Source: a virus (taxonomy: Duplodnaviria; Caudoviricetes). From it: a DNA stretch of 38,135 nt. The stretch is from IMG/VR virus record IMGVR_UViG_3300043391_000033, positions 1-38,135 of that record. One strand, given 5' to 3'. Positions 1 through 9,075 of the stretch are shown here, one piece after another. Each line of letters starts with the position of its first letter. Position 1 is the first letter of the stretch. The position numbers and the translations under genes were made by a program. A model generated the notes under the pieces. The model saw only the letters and a program-made list of their open reading frames with translations. It did no database searches and was not told the DNA's origin.

Positions 1-127
1 ACAACTGGTGATAAGGTGATTGAAACTGTTATCCGTAAGGCAATGGATGACACAGACAAAGACCAAGTTGCTTGTCTCAAGATGTGCATGGATAGGTTAT
101 TACCTACTTCCTACTTTGAGAAGGACA
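1..127. repeat. Terminal direct repeat, copy 1 (assembly circularisation overlap)
   Basis: 1-127 is identical to 38009-38135 and lies inside a coding sequence. 127 is a common assembler k-mer size. Confidence 0.95.
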
Positions 128-234
128 AGATGGGAGGTAGAAATGCTATTAACATTACGATATCTGGTGTTGGTTCTTCTGAGCCTACTATTATTGATAA
201 CAATATCACAGACGTGGAATACGAAAATGAGTGA
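1..234 (+). CDS. Putative terminase small subunit, 3' part
   Basis: In-frame continuation of the 37820 ORF (ACLKMCMDRLLP...INITISG), ending in an acidic tail. Confidence 0.65.
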   Translation, partial: TTGDKVIETVIRKAMDDTDKDQVACLKMCMDRLLPTSYFEKDKMGGRNAINITISGVGSSEPTIIDNNITDVEYENE

Positions 235-859
235 CTTTACTGTTAACATGCTGGACTTAATTAAGCAAAAAGAGACTCAGGGTAATTACGATATCTTTGC
301 TGGGGATAAAGCTACTGCTAACAGAAAGCTTACAAATAAGACTTTATCTCAGATTATTGCAATGCAAGGTAATAAGGCTGCTGGTGCTTATCAGTTCAAG
401 CCACAGACTCTTAAGACACTGATTAAGGACTTAGGGCTTACTGGTAACGAGAAGTTCACTCCTGCCTTTCAGGATGTCTTAGCAACACGATTGCTTGAGC
501 GTAGAGGTCTTAATGACTATCTAGCAGGAAACATGCCTGCTGAGAAGTTTGCTCTAGGTGCTGCTAAAGAATGGGCATCATTGCCAGTATTAACACCTAT
601 GATGGGCAGAAAACAAGAAGTACAACCAGGTATGTCTTATTACCAAGGGTATGGTTCTAACAAGGCTTTGTTAAATGCAGATGAGTTTAACAACTATAAA
701 CAGTTACTAGGTTATAATACTCAAACAACACCTACCCCACAACCAAGCTTTTTAACTCAAGCAGCTAATGCTGTGGCTGCACCTATGACTGCTGCTACTG
801 ATTACTTGAGTGATGTGTTCTGGAATCCTAAGAAACTCTTTGGGAAAACCACAGACTAA
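227..859 (+). CDS. Lambda R-like (GH104) lysozyme/lytic transglycosylase with C-terminal extension
   Basis: ATG 227 overlaps the end of the upstream gene. Motifs: early Glu (KE..GNY), AAGAYQF, F.PAFQD, EWASLP. Confidence 0.8.
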   Translation: MSDFTVNMLDLIKQKETQGNYDIFAGDKATANRKLTNKTLSQIIAMQGNKAAGAYQFKPQTLKTLIKDLGLTGNEKFTPAFQDVLATRLLERRGLNDYLAGNMPAEKFALGAAKEWASLPVLTPMMGRKQEVQPGMSYYQGYGSNKALLNADEFNNYKQLLGYNTQTTPTPQPSFLTQAANAVAAPMTAATDYLSDVFWNPKKLFGKTTD

Positions 860-2121
860 TGGATTTAGATATTTCATTACTGCCCTGGCAACAGGAGGTA
901 TGGGAAGACAACACACGCTTTAAGGTGATAGCTGCAGGACGTAGAACAGGTAAGTCTAGGTTTGCTGCTTGGAAGCTTATTGTTGAGGCGTTAACAACTA
1001 AAAAAGGACATGTCTGGTACATTGCTCCTACGCAACAACAAGCTAGAGATATTATGTGGCAACAGCTATTGGAGTTAGCACATCCTATCATTAGCTCTAG
1101 CCATATTAACAACATGCAAGTTACATTGGTTAATGGTTCTATCATTAGCTTAAAGGGTGCTGATAGACCAGAAACAATGCGTGGTGTGGCACTAAAGTTT
1201 ATTGTACTTGATGAGTATGCAGACATTAAACCTCAAGTGTTCGAGCAGATTTTAAGACCTGCTTTAGCTGACTTGAAGGGTTCTGCCTTGTTCATTGGTA
1301 CACCAAAGGGACGTAACCACTTCTATGACATCTATAAGTTAGGTGATAGTGGCAAGGATGAGGACTGGAAGGCATGGCACTTCTGTTCTACTGATAATCC
1401 TTTGATTGACCCTAAAGAGATTGAAGTTGCTAAGAATACCATGTCTAGCTTTGCGTTCAGACAAGAGTTCTTGGCAAGCTTTGAAGCTGCACAGTCTGAC
1501 TTGTTTAAGGACGAGTGGATTAAGTACGGTGACGAAGAAGATATGCCAAAGGATGGTAACTGGTATATGGCTGTTGATTTGGCTGGTTTTAGCGATATTA
1601 ACAAGCAAGCAGAGAATAAAAAGAAACACCTAGACCAAACAGCTATTGCTATCGTTAAGGTACATCAGAATGGTTGGTGGGTGGATAAGATTGACATTGG
1701 ACGCTGGGACATTAAAGAAACTGCTCAGAGAATTTTACGTCACGCTAAAGACTATGAGATACAAATTGTAGGTATTGAACGTGGTGCATTAAAGAATGCA
1801 GTACTACCTTACTTACATGATATGATGAAGAGAAGTAATATCTATCCTCGTATCGATGATTTAACACATGGTAACAAAGCTAAAGTAGATAGAGTTGTAT
1901 GGGCACTACAGGGTCGTTTTGAGCATGGTAAGATTGTGCTTAACAGAGATGAGTCTTGGAACAAAGAGTTTGTAGACCAATTGCTTAACTTCCCTTCTAC
2001 TGGCGTACATGATGACATGCTAGATGCTTTGTCATACATTGACCAAATTGCAATAACAGACTTCTCTTTTGAGTTTGAAGAAGAAGAGTATGAACCTTTA
2101 GATATGATAAGTGGCTATTAA
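859..2121 (+). CDS. terL: Terminase large subunit
   Basis: Walker A AGRRTGKS, Walker B IVLDE, GTPKG.NHFY, nuclease motifs AVDLAG and HDDMLDALSY. Confidence 0.96.
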   Translation: MDLDISLLPWQQEVWEDNTRFKVIAAGRRTGKSRFAAWKLIVEALTTKKGHVWYIAPTQQQARDIMWQQLLELAHPIISSSHINNMQVTLVNGSIISLKGADRPETMRGVALKFIVLDEYADIKPQVFEQILRPALADLKGSALFIGTPKGRNHFYDIYKLGDSGKDEDWKAWHFCSTDNPLIDPKEIEVAKNTMSSFAFRQEFLASFEAAQSDLFKDEWIKYGDEEDMPKDGNWYMAVDLAGFSDINKQAENKKKHLDQTAIAIVKVHQNGWWVDKIDIGRWDIKETAQRILRHAKDYEIQIVGIERGALKNAVLPYLHDMMKRSNIYPRIDDLTHGNKAKVDRVVWALQGRFEHGKIVLNRDESWNKEFVDQLLNFPSTGVHDDMLDALSYIDQIAITDFSFEFEEEEYEPLDMISGY

Positions 2122-2132
2122 TAAGGAAAAAC

Positions 2133-4184
2133 ATGGCTGAGTTTAAAGAAACACCTGTAACAGAATCTGACAGAGAGCTAGTAAGCTTCGTTGTTGGACA
2201 TACTGACAGATGGCGTGACCATCGAGATACCAACTTCTTGCCTACATGGGACGAGTATGAGCGTATCTACTACGGTATCTGGTCAGACCAAGACAAGACA
2301 CGTGATTCAGAGCGTTCACGTCTAGTGTCCCCAGCTATGCGTCAAGCAGTGGAGAACAAATGTTCAGAGATTATGGAAGCGACTACAGGTCGTGGTTCAT
2401 ACTTTGACATTGATGATGATTTTTCAGACGCAGAGAAAGCAGACGTAGAGTTAACGAAGAGACAACTACACGAAGACCTTAAGAAAGATAAGGCTTTGTC
2501 TGTCTGGAAAGAAGTTAATCGTAACGCTGAAATCTTTGGTACTGGTATTGCTGAAATTCTTATCAAAGAGAAGACAGAATACGCTCCAGCTACACGTGCT
2601 ATGCCTGGTCAAGACGTAGCAGCTATTGGTGTGGAAGAAAGAAAGCGTGTATCTGTACCTTCTAAGTCAATTCACCCACGTAACTTCTTGATTGACCCTA
2701 ACTCTGAGTCAGTTGAAGATGGTTTAGGCGTGGCTATTGATGAGTATGTTAACTTGTTTAAGATTGTTGAAGGCATCGAACAAGGTATTTATCGTAAAGT
2801 TAACATCCAACCTGAGTACGTAGACACAAATCTAGAGCCAGAGCAGCTCTCAACGTCTTATAAAGACGATAAAGTACGTATTTTACGCTACTATGGCTTA
2901 GTACCACGTGAATATCTAGAGCAATTAGAGAACGAAGGTGCTGAAGTAGCTGATTTATTTCCTGAAGACAGCCCTGCAGACAAGTATTCTGACCTAGTAG
3001 AAGCTATTGTAGTGATTGCTAACGGTACACAACTACTAAAAGCAGAGCGTAGCCCCTACATGATGAAGGATAGACCAGTAGTAGCCTATCGTCCAGAGAC
3101 AGTTCCAGGTAGATTCTGGGGTGTAGGAACGATTCAAAAGGGCTACAACATGCAAAAGGCAATCGATGCACAGTATCGTAGCCACCTAGACTCATTAGCC
3201 CTTACAACAGCCCCTATGATGGCTGCAGATGCTACTCGTTTACCACGTGGAGCTAGTTATAAGGTACAACCTGGTAAAACATTGCTTGTTAACGGTAATC
3301 CTAACGAAGTATTGTTCCCATTTAAGTTTGGTAATACAGACCCTGCTAACAATCAGACTGCACAAGAGTTTGAGCGTATGCTATTACAAGCCACTGGAAC
3401 ACTAGATTCAGCAGCTTTGACACAATCTGCTGCTGCAGGTGGACAAGGTGGCATGGGTATGTCTCTAGCCATGTCTTCTATCGTGAAGAAGAACAAACAA
3501 GCCTTAATTAACTTCCAAGATGACTTCCTAGTACCATTCATCAAGAAGACTGCGTATCGTTACATGCAGTTTGACCCTGAGAATTACCCAAGTAGAGACT
3601 TTAAGTTCATTGTCTCAAGCTCTTTGGGTATGGTTGCTAGAGAATACGAACAACAACAGTTCATTGGTTTGTTACAGACCCTAGGACCACAGTCTCCTAT
3701 CGTGCCTTTGGTACTTAAGAGCATTGTACAGTCCTCTAGCCTTGACAATCGTGAAGAGTTGGCTACAGCATTACAACAGATGTCTCAACCAGACCCTGCT
3801 CAACAGCAAATGCAGATGCAGCAAGCTCAGGTTCAGTTGGAGTTGGTACAGTCTCAATCAGCAGCCCTACAAGGTCAAGCTAAAGAGTCAGAAGCTAACG
3901 CTATTGAATCACAAGCTAAGGCACAGAAAGCTCTTGTTGAAGCTGAGTTGATGCCAGAGAAGGTTAAGACTGACTTAGTACGTACAATCAGTGCTAACCT
4001 TCCTGCAGACTCAAGTGAAAAAGAGTTTGAGAGACGTGCTCGTATTGCTGAGTTAATGCTTAAAGAAGAAGAAGTAAAAACAAAATCTAAGATTGTTGAG
4101 ATGCAAATGGCTGAGAAGCTAACATCAATAAACAAGACAGAAGAAGACTTTTTAAATTCTTTATCAGAGAGACTAAATGGCTGA
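2133..4184 (+). CDS. Portal protein with long Q-rich C-terminal coiled coil
   Basis: 683 aa directly after TerL; IFGTGI, GRFWGVG and helical C-terminus resemble P22/T7-type portals; AAGGA RBS. Confidence 0.88.
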   Translation: MAEFKETPVTESDRELVSFVVGHTDRWRDHRDTNFLPTWDEYERIYYGIWSDQDKTRDSERSRLVSPAMRQAVENKCSEIMEATTGRGSYFDIDDDFSDAEKADVELTKRQLHEDLKKDKALSVWKEVNRNAEIFGTGIAEILIKEKTEYAPATRAMPGQDVAAIGVEERKRVSVPSKSIHPRNFLIDPNSESVEDGLGVAIDEYVNLFKIVEGIEQGIYRKVNIQPEYVDTNLEPEQLSTSYKDDKVRILRYYGLVPREYLEQLENEGAEVADLFPEDSPADKYSDLVEAIVVIANGTQLLKAERSPYMMKDRPVVAYRPETVPGRFWGVGTIQKGYNMQKAIDAQYRSHLDSLALTTAPMMAADATRLPRGASYKVQPGKTLLVNGNPNEVLFPFKFGNTDPANNQTAQEFERMLLQATGTLDSAALTQSAAAGGQGGMGMSLAMSSIVKKNKQALINFQDDFLVPFIKKTAYRYMQFDPENYPSRDFKFIVSSSLGMVAREYEQQQFIGLLQTLGPQSPIVPLVLKSIVQSSSLDNREELATALQQMSQPDPAQQQMQMQQAQVQLELVQSQSAALQGQAKESEANAIESQAKAQKALVEAELMPEKVKTDLVRTISANLPADSSEKEFERRARIAELMLKEEEVKTKSKIVEMQMAEKLTSINKTEEDFLNSLSERLNG

Positions 4185-5304
4185 CATTAGAAACCTAGTA
4201 CAAAGTCTTTCTAATCCTAATGCTACGCTAGAAGATAAGCGTAAGCTGATGGATTTGATGGCTAAAAAGATTCAGGAAGAAGCTCAGAAAAGAGACCAGC
4301 AAGTTGGTAAGAATGCTGATAAGGTTGTTAACACTCTTAAAAACATTGAAGCTAAACTTGAGAAAAAACTTTCTGAGTTAGAACAAATGCCTGCTCTTGT
4401 AGGCGAGCAAGGACCTCAAGGACCAGCAGGTAAAGATGGACGTGATGGTGTTAATGGTCGAGACGGTAAAGACGGTAAGGATGGTAAAGATGGTATCGAT
4501 GGCAGAGATGGTCTTGATGGAATCTCTGTTATTGATGCTAGCATTGATTTTGATAACTCACTTGTTTTAACATTATCAAATGGCTCTGTTATTGACGCAG
4601 GACAGATTATTAGTTCTGAACTTGCTAAGAACATTCAGATATTTAAAAACGGTGGTACTTCTTTACCAGACCAAGCAAACAACTCTGGTAAGTATCTAAC
4701 TACTAACGGTTCTGAGCTGTCCTGGGCTACTGTCTCAGGAGGCGGTGGTTCAGGAACAGTAACTTCTGTTGCTATGTCTGTTCCGACAGGATTAACTGTT
4801 TCTGGTTCTCCTATCACAACAAATGGTACTTTAGCTGTTACCTACACGGCTGGTTATGCTCTCCCCACGACTGCAAAACAAACAGAATGGGACACAGCTT
4901 ACGGATGGGGGAATCATGCTTCTGCGGGCTATGCTACAACCAGCGGTACTCAAACTCTTACAAACAAACGCATCAACCCAAGAGCAGTAGCCGCTGGCTC
5001 AACATCAGGCAACCTAACGCCTAACGGTGATACAACTGATGTCTTTAACGCTTTTGGCTTAACTGGGGCAATTACTTTATTAACACCAAGCGGAACGCCT
5101 GTAGACGGTCAAAGATTGATGTTACGCTTTGAAGATAACGGTACAGGTCGTGGCATTACTTGGACAACATCTAGCGGTGCTTTCAGAGCAGTCGGTGTTA
5201 CATTACCAACCACAACTGTTGCATCCAAAGTAACTTATGTTGGCTGTATTTATAACACCACAGATACCTTTTGGGATGTGATTGCAGTAGCTACTCAGGC
5301 TTAA
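4177..5304 (+). CDS. Collagen-repeat fibre-like virion protein
   Basis: N-terminal coiled coil, about 13 G-X-Y triplets, GKYLTTNG..LSW and GTVTSV fibre-type motifs, beta-rich C-terminus. Confidence 0.7.
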   Translation: MADIRNLVQSLSNPNATLEDKRKLMDLMAKKIQEEAQKRDQQVGKNADKVVNTLKNIEAKLEKKLSELEQMPALVGEQGPQGPAGKDGRDGVNGRDGKDGKDGKDGIDGRDGLDGISVIDASIDFDNSLVLTLSNGSVIDAGQIISSELAKNIQIFKNGGTSLPDQANNSGKYLTTNGSELSWATVSGGGGSGTVTSVAMSVPTGLTVSGSPITTNGTLAVTYTAGYALPTTAKQTEWDTAYGWGNHASAGYATTSGTQTLTNKRINPRAVAAGSTSGNLTPNGDTTDVFNAFGLTGAITLLTPSGTPVDGQRLMLRFEDNGTGRGITWTTSSGAFRAVGVTLPTTTVASKVTYVGCIYNTTDTFWDVIAVATQA

Positions 5305-5306
5305 TT

Positions 5307-5513
5307 ATGAAAATAGACTTTGAATACTCTACTCCTCATGGCATCTTTAGGGATGCTATTTATGCTGAAGAAGGTTGGTCTGATGAACAGATTGAAGCCA
5401 TGAAGCAAGAAAGACTAAGCAACTGGATTGCTATTATTGAGAATCCACCAGTAGAAGAAGTTGTGGACTATGTAGAGATTGACGGTGTTCGTTATCAAAA
5501 GGTAGCTGAATAA
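5307..5513 (+). CDS. Small acidic hypothetical protein (possible fibre chaperone)
   Basis: ATG 5307 lies 2 nt after the upstream stop; its TAA overlaps the next ATG. Confidence 0.6.
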   Translation: MKIDFEYSTPHGIFRDAIYAEEGWSDEQIEAMKQERLSNWIAIIENPPVEEVVDYVEIDGVRYQKVAE

Positions 5514-7573
5514 TGGCAGACCGCTATTGGGTAGGTGGAACAGCTAACTGGGATGGTACTGCTGGTACTAAGTGGGCTACCACGGATGGCGGTGCTGGGG
5601 GTGCTTCTGTACCTACTTCTGCTGATGATGTGTTTTTTACGGCAGCATCAGGAACTGTAACCTGTACTGTTGGCGGATTTCAACCATGTAATAACATTAC
5701 ATTTACTGGTTTTACAGGAACAATTGCTTCTACTGCGTTTGGTATTAGTATTAATGGTAATCTGACACTTTCATCTTCCATGACAATCACAGGTGCTGGT
5801 TTTGCTTGGAATTTTGATGCAACCACAACAGGTAAAACCGTAACAAGCAATGGTAAAACAATTACAGGTAATGTGGCTTTTAGGGGTGTTGGTGGGGGCT
5901 GGACTCTTACAGATGCGATTACTGTGTCTGGAAACTTGACAGTTACCAACGGAACATTCACCACCAACAACTTTAGTGTGACTGCTACTTCTTTAGCATC
6001 AGTCAATAGCAACACAAGAACAATTAACTTAGGCAGTAGTACAGTTACATTAAGTGGTTCAGCATCTATTAACTTTGCGACATCAACAAACCTTACATTT
6101 AATGCTGGCACATCTCAAATAAATATCAGCAACGGTGGTCCTACATTTCAAGGCGGTGGAAGAACTTTTCACAATGTTTCATTAACAAGTACAGCAGGAA
6201 CAAGCCCTACTATCACAGGTAGCAATACATTTAACAACTTTACAGTTGCTGGTAGACTCTCTGCTGGTGTTACAACTTTAGATTTATCAGCAAACCAAAT
6301 TATCAATGGAACATTAACCCTATCTGCTGGTACTAACGCAACAATGCGTACTTTTGTTCGTTCTGACACAATCGGAACAACTCGTACTTTAACTTGTAAT
6401 GCTGTTTCAGCAACAGACATTGACTTCAGAGATATAACTATTGCTGGCTCTGCTGCTCCTGTTAGTGGAACTCGTTTGGGTGACTGTAAGGGTAATAGCG
6501 GTATTACTTTTGATGCAGCTAAGACGGTTTATTTTGCAAGCGGAACTCAAACAAGCTGGGCAAGTGCAGCTTGGAATAATAGCGATTCAACTAGCGGAGC
6601 AAGTACTACATTCTTTCCATTGGCTCAAGATACTGCTGTTTTTCAGTCGTTCCCCAATAGTGGAGTACCCGTATCAATTGGGTCTGGTTTTAACATTGGT
6701 ACTATTGATATGTCTGCTCGCACTAGCAATACAATGACTTTGAGTAATGGAAACTCAACACCAATATACGGAAACTGGATAAACGGTACAGGTACTACGC
6801 TGACTGGTGTAGGAACTCTAACCTTTGCTGGTCGTGGCAGTCAGACAATTACAAGTGCTGGAAAGACATTTACTCAAACAGTTATCATAGATAGTCCTAG
6901 TGGTTCTGTAACTTTACAGGATGCTCTTACTACAAACAGGAGTGCCTCCACAGCCTTACAAATTAGCTCTGGTCTATTTGACGCAAACAATTACAGCGTA
7001 TCTTTAACTGGTGCTAGTTCAGGAGTTAATACTTCCAACACAGGAATAAGAACAGTTGCGATTGGAAGTGGAACTTGGACTATTGCTGGCACAGGCGGAT
7101 GGAACGCTGGAACGGCAACAAACCTAACGGTTACAGGTACAGGCACAATTAGCTTAACTAATGCTTCTCCAAAAGCATTTGCTGGCGGTGGAATACAAAC
7201 ATATCCGACCCTAAACCAAGGCGGTACTGGAAACCTAAACATAAGTGGCAGTAATAAGTTCGTAGGTCTAACTAATACAGCTATTGGTCGTATTCAGTTT
7301 ACAGCGGCTACAACCAACGAATTTACTACAACATTCAACATTGATGGTGTGGCTGGCACTTTATTGCAATTAGGTTCTATAACCAATGCTCAAGCAATAC
7401 TTATTAAGCCTACAGCATGGCTGATGGGTGCTAATTCTACAAATGCTGGAAACAACACAGGCTTGAGCTTTACAGGCGGTGGTGACCTAGATTACCTAAG
7501 TGTAAGCTATATCAATGGTCAGGTAAGTGCTGCCCCAGCAACGAATTCTAACTTTTTCTTGATGTTTGCATAA
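5513..7573 (+). CDS. T/G/S/N-rich beta-solenoid adhesin/fibre-like protein
   Basis: 686 aa, low charge, repeated LT(V/L).GT strands, with an internal duplication. Confidence 0.65.
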   Translation: MADRYWVGGTANWDGTAGTKWATTDGGAGGASVPTSADDVFFTAASGTVTCTVGGFQPCNNITFTGFTGTIASTAFGISINGNLTLSSSMTITGAGFAWNFDATTTGKTVTSNGKTITGNVAFRGVGGGWTLTDAITVSGNLTVTNGTFTTNNFSVTATSLASVNSNTRTINLGSSTVTLSGSASINFATSTNLTFNAGTSQINISNGGPTFQGGGRTFHNVSLTSTAGTSPTITGSNTFNNFTVAGRLSAGVTTLDLSANQIINGTLTLSAGTNATMRTFVRSDTIGTTRTLTCNAVSATDIDFRDITIAGSAAPVSGTRLGDCKGNSGITFDAAKTVYFASGTQTSWASAAWNNSDSTSGASTTFFPLAQDTAVFQSFPNSGVPVSIGSGFNIGTIDMSARTSNTMTLSNGNSTPIYGNWINGTGTTLTGVGTLTFAGRGSQTITSAGKTFTQTVIIDSPSGSVTLQDALTTNRSASTALQISSGLFDANNYSVSLTGASSGVNTSNTGIRTVAIGSGTWTIAGTGGWNAGTATNLTVTGTGTISLTNASPKAFAGGGIQTYPTLNQGGTGNLNISGSNKFVGLTNTAIGRIQFTAATTNEFTTTFNIDGVAGTLLQLGSITNAQAILIKPTAWLMGANSTNAGNNTGLSFTGGGDLDYLSVSYINGQVSAAPATNSNFFLMFA

Positions 7574-7581
7574 AAAATAAC

Positions 7582-7610
7582 TTGACAAAATCAGTTTTTT
7601 ATGGTATAAT
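7582..7610 (+). promoter_or_regulatory. Sigma70 promoter with extended -10
   Basis: TTGACA(7582)-17-TATAAT(7605) with TGn, intergenic. Confidence 0.9.
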
Positions 7611-7701
7611 ATAAGTACTTGACAAACATTTAAATATGTGGTAGTGATGGTATCTAATAACAACAATAAGCCATCACACCCATACCTATTAGGACTCCTA
7701 T

Positions 7702-7944
7702 ATGGACAAAGCCCTACAGCAATATTACGAAGACAGATTTTCAATGATGGCAACTCAGGGGTGGCAGGACCTCCTTGAAGATGCTGAAAAGATGATAGAG
7801 ACTTACGACAATGTCGCTGCTCTAGACACTATTGAAAACTTGTATTTCAAAAAAGGACAACTAGACATTCTACGTTGGCTAACTTCACTAAAGCAAACTT
7901 CGGAAGAAGTCTTTAAGGAGATAGAAGATGAAAAGAATGTATGA
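7702..7944 (+). CDS. Hypothetical helical protein of the head module
   Basis: 80 aa ORF downstream of the promoter, overlapping the next gene. Confidence 0.7.
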   Translation: MDKALQQYYEDRFSMMATQGWQDLLEDAEKMIETYDNVAALDTIENLYFKKGQLDILRWLTSLKQTSEEVFKEIEDEKNV

Positions 7945-8161
7945 GTTTATGTGTTCTAGCGGACACATCACAGAAAGTTACTTAGATGAAAGCATAAGGG
8001 AGACCACATGCTCTAATTGCGGTAACGATGCTTCTAGAATCATATCAATGCCTAGAATCTCACTAGATGGTACAGACCCAGTGTATGTAACAGCACATGA
8101 GAAATGGGCAAAGAGACGAGAAGAAGCAACAAAGATAGCTAACAAACGGAACGAAGGCTAA
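7928..8161 (+). CDS. FmdB-like zinc-ribbon protein
   Basis: YEFMCxxGH...CxxCG...RIISMP pattern; AAGGAG RBS. Confidence 0.7.
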   Translation: MKRMYEFMCSSGHITESYLDESIRETTCSNCGNDASRIISMPRISLDGTDPVYVTAHEKWAKRREEATKIANKRNEG

Positions 8162-8222
8162 CCGTCTAGCTGTTATTTTTTAACTTTCCTACAATCAGCA
8201 CAAAGACTGACAGGAGTATTAT

Positions 8223-9047
8223 ATGGCTACATTTATCGACCCTCAAGACGAGGAATTGCAAGACCAAGAACTTAGTTCAATCCCAGAACCTACTGAACAA
8301 ACAGTAGATAATACTGAAGAGGTTGCTAGCCCACCACCAGTGGAAGCTTTCCCTGACAAGTATCAAGGTAAGTCTCTAGATGAGATTATCAAGATGCACC
8401 AAGAAGCTGAGAAGCTAATTGGCAGACAAGCACAAGAGGTAGGTGAGGTTCGTAAACTTGCAGATGAACTCATTAAGAGACAACTCGAATCAAAACAAAC
8501 GCCTGATGCGAATGTAACCGAACAAGAAAACGAAGTAGATTGGTTTGAGAACCCTGAGAAGGCAGTTCAACAAGCAGTAGATAAGCACCCAACTGTTAGA
8601 AAAGCAGAGGCAACTCTTGCTCAACTTGAAAAACAGCAGTTCTTTTCTAAGCTTGACGCTAGCTTCCCAGAGTACCAACAGACTATTGCAGACCCAGACT
8701 TTGCTCAATGGATTCAAGCATCCCCAGTACGCTTAAGATTGTACGCTGCTGCTGATACTAACCTTGACTTTGACTCTGCTGCTGAGTTACTTAACACATG
8801 GAAATATGTTAAGCCTGCTCCAGCTAAAGTTGAAACACAAGTAGTTAAAGCAGTATCACCACAAGTAAAAGCAGACAGAGAAGCAGCTATGAGAGCAGTC
8901 GCAGTCGACACTGGTTCTAGCGGTAATGTCTCAACAAAAGTCTACAGACGCTCTGACTTAATCCGACTACAGTTAGAAGACCCAAATCGTTATATGGAAC
9001 TGCAAGATGATATCATGGCAGCCTATCGAGAAGGTCGTGTACGATAA
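8223..9047 (+). CDS. Capsid scaffolding protein
   Basis: Acidic N-terminus, PDKYQGKS, coiled coil, C-terminal AYREGRVR; directly before the capsid gene. Confidence 0.8.
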   Translation: MATFIDPQDEELQDQELSSIPEPTEQTVDNTEEVASPPPVEAFPDKYQGKSLDEIIKMHQEAEKLIGRQAQEVGEVRKLADELIKRQLESKQTPDANVTEQENEVDWFENPEKAVQQAVDKHPTVRKAEATLAQLEKQQFFSKLDASFPEYQQTIADPDFAQWIQASPVRLRLYAAADTNLDFDSAAELLNTWKYVKPAPAKVETQVVKAVSPQVKADREAAMRAVAVDTGSSGNVSTKVYRRSDLIRLQLEDPNRYMELQDDIMAAYREGRVR

Positions 9048-9075
9048 TTTAATAATAATCTAGGAGATTTAAAAA

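Noticed and set aside
1-127. 127-bp end repeat as the biological terminal repeat
   Set aside because: It falls inside the TerS-like ORF and matches a typical assembler k-mer length. Real ends more likely lie in 37100-37600.
20-226. N-terminal extension of the 279-aa ORF
   Set aside because: It overlaps the TerS-like frame. ATG 227 gives a coupled start and the lysozyme domain begins there.
4402-4521. Short tandem repeats as CRISPR or VNTR
   Set aside because: Explained by collagen G-X-Y codons; no spacer structure.
7619-7648. Second tandem promoter starting at TTGACA 7619
   Set aside because: The -10 region (TAGTGA) is a poor match.
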